Shown here piece after piece: positions 61,642 through 64,000 of a stretch of DNA of 64,000 nt. Under the pieces are notes generated by a model. It did not search any database. It was not told the origin of the DNA and saw only the letters and a program-made list of their open reading frames with translations. The DNA is from Octopus sinensis (taxonomy: Eukaryota), in contig NC_043010.1 in assembly GCF_006345805.1 (NCBI RefSeq), forward strand, positions 59,148,001-59,212,000, written 5' to 3'. The translations under genes and the position numbers were made by a program. Numbering within the stretch: the stretch's first letter is position 1; every line of letters starts with the position of its first letter.

Positions 61642-61836
61642 TTGGTTCCAGATCTGGAACCCAACTTAGGCCCCTATATTTACGGTGTTCGCCGCTGGAA
61701 TAAGGAGTGGTTGGAGATCACACGGTCGTTAGCCTCAAATTGCCATGTCTAGTCGGTGTTTGTGAGAGAAGCAGCATTGAGGAGGAATGAAGCCAGCTCA
61801 ACCCACCCTGGGTGAATGCTGTCTCAAGACAAGACA
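61642..61836 (+). mobile_element. Short retro-insertion flanked by a 12-bp direct repeat (likely 5'-truncated LINE 3' end)
   Basis: AGAGAGAGATTG at 61630-41 and 61837-48, a (CAAGA)n-like tail, and a more CpG-rich interior than the flanks. Confidence 0.5.
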
Positions 61837-62432
61837 AGAGAGAGATTGGATGATGTTGTGTATTCCAAAGTAGGATACTTTGCTTTTATTACCGTATCAA
61901 TCAAAAATTGTGTATGTCAGAGTAGTCTGCTCTCCAGTCCTCTCACCGTTAAATTTCATGGGACTCAGAACAAACAGTAATACAACATTGACATCAAAAT
62001 AAGACATGTTCTAATCTCATATCAGCTTTTGCTTCTTTATTCAGTTGCAGAAATCCAAGCGCAAAATACCTACTGTGTACAGATCAGACCTAAATATAAG
62101 CTCTACATTTTTGGAGCATATTCCTTTTTAAGGTTTTATAGATAATTGTTTTCATATTAAAGAATGTAGTTATCTCATCCCAGCTTCATGGATTACCTAG
62201 CTGCTAATGTGTTTTTCAGTCTTGTAAATACATTGAAACAAGTTATTTGATTTATGCTTTCAGTATACCATCATGAAGTAATACATTCTTATTTCCTATT
62301 ATTTCAATGATAACTGTATATTTTAATCTGTAGTTCATTTCATGTTACAATTGTTCAATGAATTTGTATTTCTATTTTAGGTTCAAACAACATATCTTGA
62401 TAGCCTGAAGTGTACTATCACTCCAGAACAGC

Positions 62433-64000
62433 ATGTTCCTGTCGTTGTCCATTGTATTATCAATGGTCCAGTGTGTGCTGACCATAGACCTTACCTACCA
62501 TGTGGAAGAAGAAAGAAGTCCAGGAACATATGTAGCAGACATTGCTGCCGATTCTAAACTTTTAGACAATGTTAAACCATCTGACCAACATTTGATAACA
62601 TTCAGTCAATTCAAACGAAAGGTGGCACAGTTATTTAACATCACCAAAACAGGTAAACTGTACACTGCTCAGACACTGGATGCAGAAGATCTCTGCACAT
62701 TCAACAAAGAATGTTCCAGAACTATGAAGGTTGTTGTCAATAAAGGAACCAGTGTTTCAAAAATATTAAAAATCAAGATAGTAATAGAAGATATCAATGA
62801 CCATGAACCAAAATTTCCTATGAGAAATGTCAATATGCTGTTCAGTGAAGACATTGGTAAAGGTGCAAAAAGATCAATACCCAATGCTATGGACAAAGAT
62901 GTAGGATTTCAAAATTCCTTAATACAATATAAATTAAAATCAAAGAATGGAGAACCATTCTCTCTATCAGTGTCTAAAAGAGCTGATGGTATTTCTTCGC
63001 TTAATATAGTTTTAAAAGAATCATTAGACAGAGAAATCAAAGATACGTATTTATTACAGGTCATAGCTAAAGATGGAGGTTCACCAGCAAAACAAGGGAT
63101 TTTGAATATAAATATTTCTGTAATAGATGTTAATGATAACCCACCAGAGTTTTCTAAACCTCTATACAATATATCCATACAAAGTACACATCATAAGTCT
63201 AAACCCATCATTGTTTTGTCTGTAACAGATGCTGATTCTGGTGAAAATGGTAAAATTTTTTTTCATTTCAGTCCCAAGACATCAGATCTAGCAAAAAGCT
63301 ATTTTCAGTTAAATGAAACCAACGGGAATATTTTATTAAGCAAATATACTAGTCTGAGTAAAAAAAAAACCTACGAATTGTTTATAGAAGCCAGAGATGG
63401 GGGCACTCCACCCTTTAGTTCCATAGCAACAGTTCTGGTAAATGTTATCAACCAACACAATAATCCTCCATCTATTGATATTGATTATGTTTCTGCAATC
63501 AATGACAACACAGCTACCATTTCTGAAAACATCAAAGTCGGTAGTTTCATTGCTTATGTGATGGTCACTGACAATGATGTGGGACAAAATGGAGAGGTCA
63601 GCTGTGATATCAAACATGATACGTTCAAACTACAGTCAATGGGATCTAAAGAATATAAAATCATTCTAAACAAACCAGTGGACAGAGAAACACAAGGACA
63701 CTATAACATTCCTGTCTCTTGTCAAGATAAAGGATTACCTCCTCTTAAAAGTGTTAAAAGCCTCTCTATCCAAGTGACTGACATCAACGATGTACAACCA
63801 CAGTTTACCAAAGATACATTCCAATTCCTCACCTACGAAAACAAAGATAAAGACTTCCCTATTGGTTTTGTCAATGCCACTGACCCTGATCTTGGATCTG
63901 CTGGACAACTCACATATTCTCTGCTGCGTAAAGAAAAATCCAATCTCCCATTTCTCATCACCAGTTATGGCTTCATTTCAGCGACCATGTCATTGGACAG
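62433..64000 (+). CDS. Protocadherin G6, 5' part (signal peptide, EC1-EC4, part of EC5), running off the window end
   Basis: Acceptor TTTTAG|G at 62379-80 and ATG at 62433 (MFLSLSIVLSMVQCVLTIDLTYHV...). The frame was hand-checked through the T8 and A10 runs in EC3 and stays open. It is absent from the ORF track because it has no stop inside the window. Confidence 0.92.
   Translation, partial: MFLSLSIVLSMVQCVLTIDLTYHVEEERSPGTYVADIAADSKLLDNVKPSDQHLITFSQFKRKVAQLFNITKTGKLYTAQTLDAEDLCTFNKECSRTMKVVVNKGTSVSKILKIKIVIEDINDHEPKFPMRNVNMLFSEDIGKGAKRSIPNAMDKDVGFQNSLIQYKLKSKNGEPFSLSVSKRADGISSLNIVLKESLDREIKDTYLLQVIAKDGGSPAKQGILNINISVIDVNDNPPEFSKPLYNISIQSTHHKSKPIIVLSVTDADSGENGKIFFHFSPKTSDLAKSYFQLNETNGNILLSKYTSLSKKKTYELFIEARDGGTPPFSSIATVLVNVINQHNNPPSIDIDYVSAINDNTATISENIKVGSFIAYVMVTDNDVGQNGEVSCDIKHDTFKLQSMGSKEYKIILNKPVDRETQGHYNIPVSCQDKGLPPLKSVKSLSIQVTDINDVQPQFTKDTFQFLTYENKDKDFPIGFVNATDPDLGSAGQLTYSLLRKEKSNLPFLITSYGFISATMSLD

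Noticed and set aside
1-64000. CRISPR array, rRNA or prokaryotic operon features
   Set aside because: The sequence is spliceosomal-intron-containing animal DNA. The periodic repeats are kb-scale gene duplicates and microsatellites, not repeat-spacer arrays.

Overview
Eukaryotic, AT-rich genomic DNA containing a head-to-tail tandem cluster of seven protocadherin (Pcdh) genes, all on the + strand. G0 is 5'-truncated at the window start, G1-G5 are complete and G6 is 3'-truncated. The gene family, the cluster layout and the repeat content point to a coleoid cephalopod, probably Octopus (inferred from recall, not database-checked). The gene model read from the sequence is: a paired-CCAAT promoter, then a near-identical ~204-nt non-coding leader exon ending AAG|GTAAGT, then a 3-10 kb transposon-filled intron. 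Next come a large exon (signal peptide, EC1-EC6, TM, proximal tail), a 171-nt intron, a 154-nt exon, a short intron and a 77-nt terminal exon ending ...EETPVKHV*, giving about 868 aa. The most striking structure is that most of EC1 and everything from early EC4 through the 154-nt exon, including the intervening intron, is homogenised to near identity across paralogues. Late EC1, EC2 and EC3 instead form a variable cassette built as a patchwork of short tracts shared between different pairs of genes. The candidate system is therefore a constant-leader, variable-EC2/3, constant-tail cell-recognition array diversified by gene conversion, convergent with but mechanistically different from vertebrate clustered Pcdhs. 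The leader introns also hold R4/Dong-like and RTE LINE relics, SINEs, a mariner end, a Helitron-like element and two long hairpins.
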